DNA of 64,000 nucleotides from an uncultured delta proteobacterium (lineage in GTDB: Bacteria > Myxococcota_A > Polyangia > Polyangiales > Polyangiaceae): positions 1 to 64,000 of the forward strand of contig CAVQUB010000018.1 of NCBI GenBank assembly GCA_963716725.1. The letters run 5' to 3'. Every line of letters starts with the position of its first letter. Within the stretch, counting starts at the first letter, position 1. A program made the position numbers and the translations under genes. Positions 9,119-17,912 of the stretch are shown in pieces. The notes under the pieces are model-generated. The model was not told the origin of the DNA. It did no database searches and saw nothing but the letters and a program-made list of their open reading frames with translations.

Positions 9119-10672
9119 TCACTTTCGGCTGATCAGCACGGGTCGGAGCGCGATGTTGTCGTGTTCGTCCGTCTCCGCCACCCGGTCGCCGTCGTCCATC
9201 ACCATCAAAACGTAGCGGTATCCCTCGGCGGCCGTCGCCGGCACCTTGACGGCGATCACGTTGTCACCGGCCTCGGCCCCCTTGCCCAGCTGCTTGTACT
9301 CGCGTTCCCCGAGGCGCTCGTCCTTTGGGTCGAGGCGGGGGTCGGCGGAGAAATAGAAGGCCACTTTGAAAGGTCCGCTGAGGTCGGCCCCCGTGTTGCG
9401 GAGCGAGTAGCGGATTTCCAGCGACTCGCCCGGCGCGGCTGAGGACTTGTCCAAGAAGAAGTGGCGATCGGTGATGTCGACCTTGCGGATCGCAAATGGA
9501 ACCGCCTTGACGTTGTTGCGTTCTTTGAGCTCACCGTTCTTGTCGTCCACATCGACGACCACCCCGACGAAGTACTTGCCGCTCGGCAGCGTCGGGACGT
9601 TGAGCTCCTGATACAGCATGCCGCTGGTGGTATCGGCCGCAAGGCTCTCGACCTCGAAGGTGTCGACCAGCTGGTCCTTGGAATCGATCTTGGCGTCCTT
9701 CGACAAATACGCGCCTACCTTGAACGGCGCGGCAGCCGTCTTGCCATCGTTTCGGACTCGATAGGAGAGCACTAGGCGCGTCCCGGGCGGTGCGGCGTCG
9801 CGACTCAGGGCGAGCTGACCGGGCACCAGATCCGGCGATCGGAAGACCCAGTATGGGGCTGACTCCGCATTGTCGGCTTCGTTGACCTCGTCCACTGCGC
9901 CCTGGAAGTCGGCCACCACGCCGAGCTCCACCTGCTGTCCGCGGATTGGACAGCGCGTATCCACGTCGATCTTGCGCGCTACGGCCAGCTGCCCACCGGG
10001 CCCAATCGCCTCGACCCACCACGAGGCGAGCATCAGATCGCTCTTGCTCATCTCGACGTCGTCCGAGCAGTACACGCCCACCTTGAACGGACCGTGGGCA
10101 GCGTAGGCCGTGTCGTTCTTGACGACTGCGGAGAGTTGGACCGAGCGCGCCGCCGGCCCGCGGTCGGGGCTCAATGCGACCTTCTCCACCCTGAGATTCG
10201 CTCGGTAGCGAGGGTCAATGTCGATGGAGGCCGCCTTGAAGTTGTTGTCTTCGGACCCCTCGAGCACCGTGCCCCAAGCGTCGGCGAAGACGTACAGACT
10301 GCCGGGACGACATTTCTCACAGGGCGGGATTTCGACCTGAACCGAGTAGGTCGCGTGCTTGCCCGCGGACAGGCCCTTGTTCACGGCAACCGCGCCGATC
10401 CGCGTCACGTTCCCGCGCCGCGGCACCACGACTCCGTCGCTGTGATAGATGGCGATTCGAAACGCCTCGGCGGCAGCCTCCCCGCGGTTCTCCACGGTGA
10501 AGTCCACCCTCACGGTGCTGTCCGGAGCCGCCTTGTCGTGACTGAGCGCCAGGGTCCCGACGATCAGATCCGGACGCGGCTCCGGGGCCCGAGCGGGGGT
10601 AGCTGGCGCGAGCGAAAACAGCGCGAGTCCGAGCAATGCGGCGAGGGCTTGGAGCGAGGTCGAGCGGGGCAT
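9119..10672 (-). CDS. Secreted CARDB (Ig-like) repeat protein, four repeats
   Basis: Signal peptide; four units starting PDL/NL/DI and ending E-x-x-E-x-[DN]-N (EGSEDNN, EVNEADN, ELKERNN, ETDEHDN). Confidence 0.85.
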   Translation of the reverse strand: MPRSTSLQALAALLGLALFSLAPATPARAPEPRPDLIVGTLALSHDKAAPDSTVRVDFTVENRGEAAAEAFRIAIYHSDGVVVPRRGNVTRIGAVAVNKGLSAGKHATYSVQVEIPPCEKCRPGSLYVFADAWGTVLEGSEDNNFKAASIDIDPRYRANLRVEKVALSPDRGPAARSVQLSAVVKNDTAYAAHGPFKVGVYCSDDVEMSKSDLMLASWWVEAIGPGGQLAVARKIDVDTRCPIRGQQVELGVVADFQGAVDEVNEADNAESAPYWVFRSPDLVPGQLALSRDAAPPGTRLVLSYRVRNDGKTAAAPFKVGAYLSKDAKIDSKDQLVDTFEVESLAADTTSGMLYQELNVPTLPSGKYFVGVVVDVDDKNGELKERNNVKAVPFAIRKVDITDRHFFLDKSSAAPGESLEIRYSLRNTGADLSGPFKVAFYFSADPRLDPKDERLGEREYKQLGKGAEAGDNVIAVKVPATAAEGYRYVLMVMDDGDRVAETDEHDNIALRPVLISRK

Positions 10673-10799
10673 GCCGTCCGCTACGCAACCGTTGTGCCAG
10701 CATCGCCGCTGCCTCCAAGCGGGCTCCCTGCCCGCGCAGCGACCGGTCCTCCGCAACGCTTGCGTGAACTGCCCGGTGCCCGGAGAGTTTTGCGCCGCC

Positions 10800-11840
10800 T
10801 CAGCTCGGCAAGGCCGACGCGTTCGCGGACCACCACGCTTCCAGCTCGGGCAAGAAGTATCGGAGGCGGCACTTCTTGTACTCGCGCGAGCTGAACAGGA
10901 TCAGGTAATCGGCGAGCCCGAGTCGCTCGGCGAGGCCCCCGGCGACCTCGCGACACGCATCGTCGCTCGGTCCGTGCAACATGCTGTAGAGCGTGTAGTC
11001 GAAGCCGGGGATGGAGTTGCGCGCGTAGCAGTGGCTCACCTCCGGAGCTTGCGCGAGCAGCGGCCCGAGCCGCGACAACTCCGAACTCGGAACCCGCCAC
11101 ACCACCATGCCGTTGCCCTGCACGCCCAGCTTGCGGTGGTTGAAGGTGGCGACGTAGCGCCGCATGGCGTTCCCGAGGTGGCGACGCGAAAACCCGAGCA
11201 GCTCGGTTTCGCTGACCCCAGCGCGAGCCGCGAGGGCGGCGAAGGGCCGCTCCACGATGGCCAGCGGCGTCTGGATGGCGCGGAACAGCGCCGCGTCGCC
11301 GGCGCTCAGCTCCAGGGGAACCGGCTCCTCGAGCTGCACCGCGGTCGTGGTGCTGGTCTTGGACAGCAGGTCGAAATTGACCCCGACCTTGAAGGTATGA
11401 GTGCGCCGGAGCGGAAAGAACTCGCGGACCCCAGCCCTCGTTGCGAGCACGCGCAGCGTGCGCTCGAGGCCCATCTCGGAAGGCACGGCGATGGTGAACC
11501 AGAGGTTGTAGTCGTGGTTTCTCAGGTAGTTGTGGGTGACCGTCGGGTGCGCGTTGACCACTTCGGCAACCTCGTCCAGCCGATCTTCCGGCACCTCGCC
11601 CGCGACCAGCGCGCTGTCGTAGCCGAGCGTGCTGCCTTCGAGGATGGCAGAAATTTCTCGCAGCTTGCCCTCGGACTTCCAGGCCGAGATTTGCTCGAGC
11701 ACCGCCGCCTCGCTGACGCCCAAGGCCTCGCCAATCTCGGCGAAGGGTCGGCTCACGAAGGGCACGTTCGCCTGAATCGCGTGCGCCAGCGCGTTCTGCT
11801 GTTCCAGAGTCAGAGCCCGGGGAAGAACCGTGGATTGCAT
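10800..11840 (-). CDS. Siroheme decarboxylase, fused two-module NirD/L-NirG/H (AhbA/AhbB-like, Lrp/AsnC fold)
   Basis: Two tandem modules: RPFAEIG...VTHNYLRNHDYNLWFT and RPFAALA...VSHCYAR...YTLYSMLHG; lies in the nir cluster. Confidence 0.88.
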   Translation of the reverse strand: MQSTVLPRALTLEQQNALAHAIQANVPFVSRPFAEIGEALGVSEAAVLEQISAWKSEGKLREISAILEGSTLGYDSALVAGEVPEDRLDEVAEVVNAHPTVTHNYLRNHDYNLWFTIAVPSEMGLERTLRVLATRAGVREFFPLRRTHTFKVGVNFDLLSKTSTTTAVQLEEPVPLELSAGDAALFRAIQTPLAIVERPFAALAARAGVSETELLGFSRRHLGNAMRRYVATFNHRKLGVQGNGMVVWRVPSSELSRLGPLLAQAPEVSHCYARNSIPGFDYTLYSMLHGPSDDACREVAGGLAERLGLADYLILFSSREYKKCRLRYFLPELEAWWSANASALPS

Positions 11841-11843
11841 CAG

Positions 11844-13109
11844 CTAAAGCCCGATCTTGTAGGCACGCCAGACGCCGAATACGCCCGACGGTGAGTTGAC
11901 GGTTTCTCGATCGACGAACTGATGGGTCGTGGCATCGATCAGCACGAGCTGGTTGGCCTTGTTTGCGCTGACCAGCACGTGGCTGCCGCGCGGGGTGAAG
12001 TCGAGGTGATAGATCCGGCCTCCCACTTCAATGCTCTTCACGACCTCGAGGGTCGCAGCGTCGATGACTTCGACGAACGCATCGTGAGGCTCGCCCGAGA
12101 AGCTCACCCAAACCTGGCTGCCAGTCGGCGAAGCCACCGAGTAGACGGGGTGACCTCGCACGGGCACGCTCTTCTTGAAGGCCCAGGTGGCTCGGTCGAG
12201 CACCACCATGCGTGGCTCTCCGACCAGCGGAACGAATACGCTGTCGCCGGCCACGGCCCAGGACGCCATATGCGGCAGCTTGACCGGAGCAGCCTTGGCA
12301 AACGCCTGCTTGGGGTCGCGCAGGCTGATCTCCTTGACGCCACCGTTGGGGTCTCGAAGATCGAGCACCGAGACGTGCTCACTGCCCATGTGCCCGACCA
12401 CGTACCAGCGGCCGTCCGGCGTGATCATCGCGTCGTAGGGCTCGTCGGTGCTGGTCTTCACCTTGCGCTCGACCTTGGGCTCGGCGCCCGAAGCGTCAAT
12501 GACCCAGATCTCGGCTCCCTCGATCAAGACGCAGACGAAGCGATTGCCCGGCGCGTCCACCACGCCGGTCGCCCGGGAGGTGGTCTTCCGTCCGTTCTTC
12601 TCGATCTCTGCCGGCAGTCTCTTGGCGACGGCGAGGGTCTGCGCGTCCAGGATGGTGATGCCGCCGGGCTGGTACTCCGCCGTGGCGACGTAGCGCCCGT
12701 CCTGACTGATGGCGATGTCGATACTGTTCTTGGAGACCTCGACGTCGCCCGCCCGCTCCGCCTTCTCGAGATCGATCCGGCTCAGCTTTCCACTTTTCGT
12801 TGCGACGTATGCCCAGCGCAAGTCCGGCGAGAACGTCATCGTCGCGTGGCGCATGTTTCCGAGCCCCCGGATGCGGGACGCAAGGTAGGTCCTGGTCGAG
12901 AGATCGTAGACGCCGAGGCTCTCGGTCTCGCGCTCGACCACGAAGACCCGGGAGCCGATGCCGCCGGGCAGCAGCTGTGGCGCGGCTGCCGTGGACGCCG
13001 CTGCCGCGGGCGCATCCGACGCCGAGGCAGCGGGCGGCGGACCTGCGCTGGGCGACTGACACGCAACGGCGCAGGTGGCGCCGAAGACCACAGCGAGCCG
13101 TCTGCTCAT
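11844..13109 (-). CDS. nirF: Heme d1 biosynthesis/insertion protein NirF (d1-type beta-propeller lipoprotein)
   Basis: GLGNMRHATMTFSPD, AISQDGRYVA, PYDAMITPDGRWY, KLPHMASW, QVWVSF, HLDFTPRG, PSGVF; lipobox AVAC; no CxxCH. Confidence 0.88.
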   Translation of the reverse strand: MSRRLAVVFGATCAVACQSPSAGPPPAASASDAPAAAASTAAAPQLLPGGIGSRVFVVERETESLGVYDLSTRTYLASRIRGLGNMRHATMTFSPDLRWAYVATKSGKLSRIDLEKAERAGDVEVSKNSIDIAISQDGRYVATAEYQPGGITILDAQTLAVAKRLPAEIEKNGRKTTSRATGVVDAPGNRFVCVLIEGAEIWVIDASGAEPKVERKVKTSTDEPYDAMITPDGRWYVVGHMGSEHVSVLDLRDPNGGVKEISLRDPKQAFAKAAPVKLPHMASWAVAGDSVFVPLVGEPRMVVLDRATWAFKKSVPVRGHPVYSVASPTGSQVWVSFSGEPHDAFVEVIDAATLEVVKSIEVGGRIYHLDFTPRGSHVLVSANKANQLVLIDATTHQFVDRETVNSPSGVFGVWRAYKIGL

Positions 13110-14293
13110 GCCGTCCTCGAGAGGGTCGAAGGTCGCGCGATCTCGGCGTCCGTCATCACGCACGCCGGATCCGAAGCCCAAACGTCGCGGTGATGCGCGA
13201 GGGCGCGCTCACGGTGCGAACCCCGGCAGTGTTCGACGAAGCGGCAGCTGCCGCAGCGACCGGTCAGGTGCGCCGTCCGCTCGGCGAGCTCACGGCGCAG
13301 CGGGTGCGCCAGGATCTCTTCGAAGGGTTGCTCGCGTACGTTGCCCAAGGTGGCGGCCTGCCAGAACTGGTCGGGGTGCACTCGCCCGAGATGGTCGACG
13401 TTCAAGAGCTTTTCGCCTGCGGAGTTGCCCCGGCGCAAGAGCAAGAGCCGTTCCAGTCGCGCGGCCGCCTCGCCGCCGAAGCGCGCTGCCACGAAGCCCA
13501 GGAGAGCGGGCCCGTCGGAGTCGTTGCCACCCGTGACGATGTCGGGCCCCGTCCCGGTCTCGAGCTGCGCGAGCGCCCGCTCGAACAGGCCCTCGAGGGC
13601 CACGCGCGACTCCGACGGCGCGAGGTCGTCGTCGCCCATGCGAAAGGCTCGCCCCGAGTACAACAAGTGCGAAACGTAGAAGCGCTCGACGCCGATCTCG
13701 GTCGCGTGGGACAGCAGCGGCTCGAGCTCCGCTCGGTTCAGCTTCGACAAGGTGATCCGGAGCCCGGTCTTGATGCCCGCTCGCTTGGACGCGACGATGC
13801 CGGCGCTCGCCCGGGAGAAGCCCCCGGTCAGCCCGCGGTACCGGTCGTTGAAGTCGGGCCTGCCGTCGATGCTGATGCCAACGTAGGCGACGCCGGCCTG
13901 CTTCAGGCGCAGGGCGACGGCGTCGTCGATGAGGACGCCGTTGGTCGAGAGCTGGGGATTGAGACCGAGGGACTTCGCGCGGACGATCAGCTCGAACAGG
14001 TCTCGCCGCAGCAGCGGCTCGCCGCCGCTGAAGATCACGACCTTGGTCCCGGCTCGCGCGAGCTGTTCGAGGAGATCGAGCCCCTCCTCGGGATCAAGGT
14101 CCTGCGCTGACGGCTCCCGGGACGCGGAGGCGTAGCAGTGCGGGCAGGAGAGATTGCAGTGCCCCACGACGTTCCAAACCACCACCGGCACGCCGCGTTC
14201 CGGCGCGGCGTAGCGGTCCGGCGAGCGCCGCTCGAGCGCCAGGCACAGCGCGGGGTCTCGCGCGGCGCGCAGCAGGTCACTGACCATCAACAT
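13106..14293 (-). CDS. nirJ: Heme d1 biosynthesis radical SAM protein NirJ
   Basis: PVVVWN, CNLSCPHCY, SGGEPL, YVGISIDG, TGGNDSDG, GNSAG, VHPDQFW and SPASM CGSC...C; next to nirS and nirF. Confidence 0.88.
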   Translation of the reverse strand: MLMVSDLLRAARDPALCLALERRSPDRYAAPERGVPVVVWNVVGHCNLSCPHCYASASREPSAQDLDPEEGLDLLEQLARAGTKVVIFSGGEPLLRRDLFELIVRAKSLGLNPQLSTNGVLIDDAVALRLKQAGVAYVGISIDGRPDFNDRYRGLTGGFSRASAGIVASKRAGIKTGLRITLSKLNRAELEPLLSHATEIGVERFYVSHLLYSGRAFRMGDDDLAPSESRVALEGLFERALAQLETGTGPDIVTGGNDSDGPALLGFVAARFGGEAAARLERLLLLRRGNSAGEKLLNVDHLGRVHPDQFWQAATLGNVREQPFEEILAHPLRRELAERTAHLTGRCGSCRFVEHCRGSHRERALAHHRDVWASDPACVMTDAEIARPSTLSRTA

Positions 14294-14308
14294 AGCGGAC
14301 TCATAGGG

Positions 14309-14324
14309 TTCAAATTGCGTGCCG
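14309..14324 (-). promoter_or_regulatory. Candidate sigma54-like -24/-12 promoter for nirJ (non-canonical -12)
   Basis: Minus strand CGGCACGCAATTTGAA matches TGGCACG-N4-TTGC except for the first base and the -12 C>A. Confidence 0.35.
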
Positions 14325-14407
14325 GGAGCCCGGTTCCCGGGCTGGCCTCAAATGACGACGGGGCCGGCAAGAGCCAGCCCCGTTTCCCGTCACGCGGTCC
14401 GCCGCTC

Positions 14408-14435
14408 AAGAGCTGTCGAAAATTCGACAGCTCTT
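14408..14435. promoter_or_regulatory. Perfect 13-bp inverted repeat (operator/enhancer candidate) between nirS and nirJ
   Basis: AAGAGCTGTCGAA-AA-TTCGACAGCTCTT; the 2-nt spacer suits a protein-binding site. Confidence 0.5.
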
Positions 14436-14447
14436 TCACTTTGTCAT

Positions 14448-14469
14448 CGGGGAGGCACGCGCCTCCCCG
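14448..14469 (-). terminator. GC-rich hairpin downstream of nirS (possible terminator or mRNA stabiliser)
   Basis: CGGGGAGGC-ACGC-GCCTCCCCG; no clear U tract. Confidence 0.35.
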
Positions 14470-14579
14470 CCCCACCGAAGTGAATTCGTTGGGGCCCCAC
14501 CCCACGCGACGCGCTTCGCGATACCCGAAGGGGTGGGCCGGCTCCGCCGGCTTGCGCTCCGCCATTCTTCGACAGACCT

Positions 14580-16553
14580 TCAGTACACGTCATTGGCGGT
14601 GTTGTAGACGTTGAACTTGCCGGTGGGCGTCACCAGCCAGTCCTCTTCGATGCGCTTGACCTCTTTGAGCGTCTTGTCGTCGTAGATGATGATCGCGCCC
14701 TTCTTGTCCCATCCAGACAACCAGACCTCGGTGCCGTCCTTGTTGTACTCGAAGTGGGTGGCGCGCCCGCGGTCGAAGGCCTGCCAGCACTTCTCGATCT
14801 TCGCCGCCTTCTTGCTGTAGACGCAGACTTGACGGGTCTCGTCTTCCTTGCCGGCAAGGGGCGAGTCCATCCAAACCCATGGGCTCTTGGGGTGGGTCTT
14901 GACGAACAAGCTGCCCGAGTTGCCGACCTTGAGCTCGCGCACGATCTTCCAGGCATGGTCGGGCTTCTTCTCGGGATCCGCGCCATACACGACAAACTTG
15001 GGCTCACCGATGTGCGTGGTGGCGTTGACCCACCCGTACTCCGGGTCCTGCCAGTTGGCGCCACGTCCCGGGTGCGGCTTGTTCCCGGTCTCGAACTTGG
15101 TGACGAACTTCTTCTCTTTGACGTCGACCACCACCATCTCGTTCTTCATGTTGGCGGCCATCATCACGTAGCGCTTGCTGTGGTCCCAGCCGCCGTCGTG
15201 CAAGAAGCGCTGCGCGGGGAACTTCTCGACCATCGGGAAGTCGGGCTTGCTGTAGTCCACGAGGGCGATGATGCCGGCCTCCTTCAGGTTCATCACCCAG
15301 AGGGGGTCGTGGTGAGAAGCGACGATGGCAGCCACGCGGTTCTCTTTGAGCTCCTCCTTGTCGATGGCCGGCATGAGCACGTTCTGCAAGCCCTTGGGCT
15401 CCAGAGTCAGGCCGTCGTAGACGACGTATTGCGGCGGCCAATAGCAGCCCTGGATGACCAGCTTGTCCTCCCAGCCCTTGGCTTTGCTGCCGTCGACGCT
15501 GCGTGCGTCGAAGCAGCCCTGGACCTGCGCGACCAGCGTGGGCGTTTCGGTCCAGAGATCGATCAGGCTCAGCCGACCGTCGCGGCCCACCGCGTAGAAG
15601 TAGCGACCGCTGACGGACGATCGCAGGATGTGCACCGCGTAGCCCGTCTCGATGATGGCCAGCTTCTCCTTGCTGTCGCCGTCGATGATGGCGACTCGGC
15701 CGGCGTCGCGCAGGATCACGCCGAAATAGTTCTGCCACTTCCGCTTGGTCTCGGCTTTCTTGGGCCTCTGATCGACCGGGACCAGCACCTTGTGCGTGGC
15801 CTTGATCTTGTCGAGCGGCATCTGCGGCGCGTCGGGCGGGGGCATCTGGACATAGTTGGCGATGAGTTCGATCTCATCCGCGCTCATGATGCCGAGCTTG
15901 CCCCAGGGTGGCATGCCGCCGGGCAGCCCGTCGTTCAGCACCTTCTTGAGCGTCGTGGTGCCCAGCTTCTTGGTGCGCTCGGGCTGGATGTTCGGTCCGG
16001 TGGCACCAGCGCGGAGCGTGCCGTGGCAACCCGCGCAGCGCTGAAAGTAGATGCCTTTGGCCTTCTCGAAGTCGGCCCCAGTGAGCTCCTTGGCGGCCTC
16101 TTGTTTCTCCTGGACGCCGCCGCCCGCGCTGGCCGCGTCGATGTAGGCGACCACTTCGCCGATCTGCGCGTCCGTCAGGTTCAACGGCGGCATCTGCGTC
16201 TTGTACTTGGCGAGCAACTCCTTGCCCACCGGATCGTCCTTGGTCATCGCGATCGGATCTTTGATGAACTTCGTCACCCAATCCTTCTCGCGCCGCTTGC
16301 TCAGATCCTTCAGGTCGGGTCCCGTGCGGTCCCCCGCGCCGATGCTGTGACAGGCCTGGCACTGGCCGTCGAAGACGGTCTTGCCCGCAGCGGCGGCGCC
16401 GGTCATGGCGGGCCCGGGCGCGGGCGCGGCGATCGGCGTGGGGGTTCCGGTCGCCGCGGGTTGAGCCCCGCCTTCCGGTTTCTTGTCGCACCCGGCGAGG
16501 CTCGTTGCCAGTGCAGCCATCGCCACGAATCCGAACGCTGATCGATCTCGCAT
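14580..16553 (-). CDS. nirS: Cytochrome cd1 nitrite reductase NirS, lipoprotein with an additional N-terminal cytochrome c domain
   Basis: YFQRCAGCHGTLRAGATGP, GMPPWG, TGYAVHILRSSVSGRY (d1 ligand His), FLHDGGWD and PHPGRGAN (catalytic His pair), GSLFVKTHPKS, TPTGKFNVYNTANDVY; extra CQACH; lipobox LAGC. Confidence 0.95.
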   Translation of the reverse strand: MRDRSAFGFVAMAALATSLAGCDKKPEGGAQPAATGTPTPIAAPAPGPAMTGAAAAGKTVFDGQCQACHSIGAGDRTGPDLKDLSKRREKDWVTKFIKDPIAMTKDDPVGKELLAKYKTQMPPLNLTDAQIGEVVAYIDAASAGGGVQEKQEAAKELTGADFEKAKGIYFQRCAGCHGTLRAGATGPNIQPERTKKLGTTTLKKVLNDGLPGGMPPWGKLGIMSADEIELIANYVQMPPPDAPQMPLDKIKATHKVLVPVDQRPKKAETKRKWQNYFGVILRDAGRVAIIDGDSKEKLAIIETGYAVHILRSSVSGRYFYAVGRDGRLSLIDLWTETPTLVAQVQGCFDARSVDGSKAKGWEDKLVIQGCYWPPQYVVYDGLTLEPKGLQNVLMPAIDKEELKENRVAAIVASHHDPLWVMNLKEAGIIALVDYSKPDFPMVEKFPAQRFLHDGGWDHSKRYVMMAANMKNEMVVVDVKEKKFVTKFETGNKPHPGRGANWQDPEYGWVNATTHIGEPKFVVYGADPEKKPDHAWKIVRELKVGNSGSLFVKTHPKSPWVWMDSPLAGKEDETRQVCVYSKKAAKIEKCWQAFDRGRATHFEYNKDGTEVWLSGWDKKGAIIIYDDKTLKEVKRIEEDWLVTPTGKFNVYNTANDVY

Positions 16554-16628
16554 CTTGATCTCCCTCGGCGCTGGCGCCTCTTGGACCTGGAGCGGCCCAC
16601 GCATAGAGCAGAACGTCGGCGGCCACCG

Positions 16629-16642
16629 ATGACGGACGTCAG
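16629..16642 (-). promoter_or_regulatory. Candidate FNR/DNR/NnrR-type box upstream of nirS
   Basis: Minus strand CTGAC-GTCC-GTCAT (TGA-N6-TCA); a class II position would place TATGCG (16605-16600) near -10. Confidence 0.5.
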
Positions 16643-16767
16643 CTCAGCGGATGGTTTGGTCGATTGAAAACGAGCCGGCGCGGTCCGATTTCCCGGTTCG
16701 CGAATTCCTTGCGCGTGAGCGCCCGCTCGGCGCTTGGATTTCGCAAACCAGCCGCTGAGCGCGCAAA

Positions 16768-16801
16768 CGCCAAAGCCCGCGGGTCAACGCGGGCTTTGGC
16801 G
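16768..16801 (-). terminator. Intrinsic terminator hairpin after 16828..17760, insulating the nirS promoter
   Basis: CGCCAAAGCCCGCG-GGTCAA-CGCGGGCTTTGGCG, followed by TTT on the minus strand. Confidence 0.7.
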
Positions 16802-16827
16802 CGGCACGGTCGTGTCGGGGCGGGATC

Positions 16828-17760
16828 TCAGGGATTCGCGAGGCAGGCGCTGAGCTCGGCGCTCGGCGTCCAGCCGCACTTGCCACCGGGCTGGACCTCG
16901 CACGTGCCCACGGACTTGTAGCAAGCGTACTCGGGCTTGTACTCGCAGGTCGACGCCATCTGTTGATCGGCGCAGATCTGGCCCGAGCAACCCGTGGTGA
17001 TGCACGGGTTCGGACCGCTCGCGACGATCTTCGAATAGAACTGCGAGGCGCTGAGGCCGCTCATGCTGCCGGCAGGACCAGTGACGGTCTCCAGCTTGGC
17101 GGCGACGATCAGGCCGGTCTTCGACAGCTCTTGCCAGCCCTGATCGAGTTGATCCTGCGTCGCACCACTCGGCGACAAATCCACGCCCGCGTAGGTCGAG
17201 GTCGGCTTCACGTTCCGATTGAGCCGTGTGGCCTCGATGACCGGGCAGGGAAAAGTGATGCACACGATGCCGGAGCTCTCAGCGCGATAGAAGATCCCCG
17301 TTGGCGGGTTCTCCGTCGCCGCGCGCCAGCCTTCGCTCACCTCGAACACGTCGTAGCTGAACGCCTTCTCCTTCACCGTGCCGATCTTGCCGCGCACCAC
17401 AGCGCGCCCCGACTTGGCGTCCGACGTCGCCTCGACTTCGTCCGCTTCGGAGAGACCGAGCGCCTTCCAGTCGAAGTCGGCGACGTAGCATTCCTTGGCC
17501 CACTTGCCGTCCGCGCACTTGGTCTTGGGCTGGTTGACGCGCTTGACGTAGGCGCCCCCGCACATCGGCCACATGCACTTTCGATAGTCCTGGCGCGCGG
17601 AGTAGAAGGTCCAGTTGTCCTTGCTCAGCCCGTCGGCCTTGCCCAGATCGACGGCCTCTTCTTCGTTTGGCCCACCCGCGTCTGGGGCGGTCTCCACTGC
17701 GCAGGCAGGAACCGCAAACAGAGCAACCAAAGCCGCGACGGTCTTGAACGCTGTCTTCAT
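16828..17760 (-). CDS. Lipoprotein, DUF6748-like, with a C-terminal Cys-cluster domain
   Basis: Lipobox-like VPAC, GKAD motif, RQDYRKCMWPMCGGAYVKRVN, GIVCITFPCP, CITTGCSGQIC...CEY...C...C...CGW; RBS GGAGG. Confidence 0.75.
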   Translation of the reverse strand: MKTAFKTVAALVALFAVPACAVETAPDAGGPNEEEAVDLGKADGLSKDNWTFYSARQDYRKCMWPMCGGAYVKRVNQPKTKCADGKWAKECYVADFDWKALGLSEADEVEATSDAKSGRAVVRGKIGTVKEKAFSYDVFEVSEGWRAATENPPTGIFYRAESSGIVCITFPCPVIEATRLNRNVKPTSTYAGVDLSPSGATQDQLDQGWQELSKTGLIVAAKLETVTGPAGSMSGLSASQFYSKIVASGPNPCITTGCSGQICADQQMASTCEYKPEYACYKSVGTCEVQPGGKCGWTPSAELSACLANP

Positions 17761-17912
17761 GTCGAATCCTCCGTGAAAGTCCCGGCCCCGTTGGGGGTAG
17801 GCAGGCGTAAGCAGAAGTGCGTGCCCCTCCTACCAAGGCGCACCCGAGATCGCAAGCCTTGCCTTCGACTTTCTCGGGCGCCTTCGCGTTGCTGCCCGGC
17901 GGGTTCGAGACG

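Noticed and set aside
14287..14565. 92-aa ORF between nirS and nirJ
   Set aside because: No RBS or protein-like composition; the region is better explained by hairpins and regulatory sites
14580..16553. Calling this gene nirN rather than nirS
   Set aside because: It has the NirS motifs FLHDGG, PHPGRGAN, GSLFVKTHP and the TGKFNVYNT terminus
17810..17827. Possible sigma54 promoter GGGGCACGCACTTCTGCT upstream of 17760
   Set aside because: GG-to-GC spacing is 11 rather than the required 10
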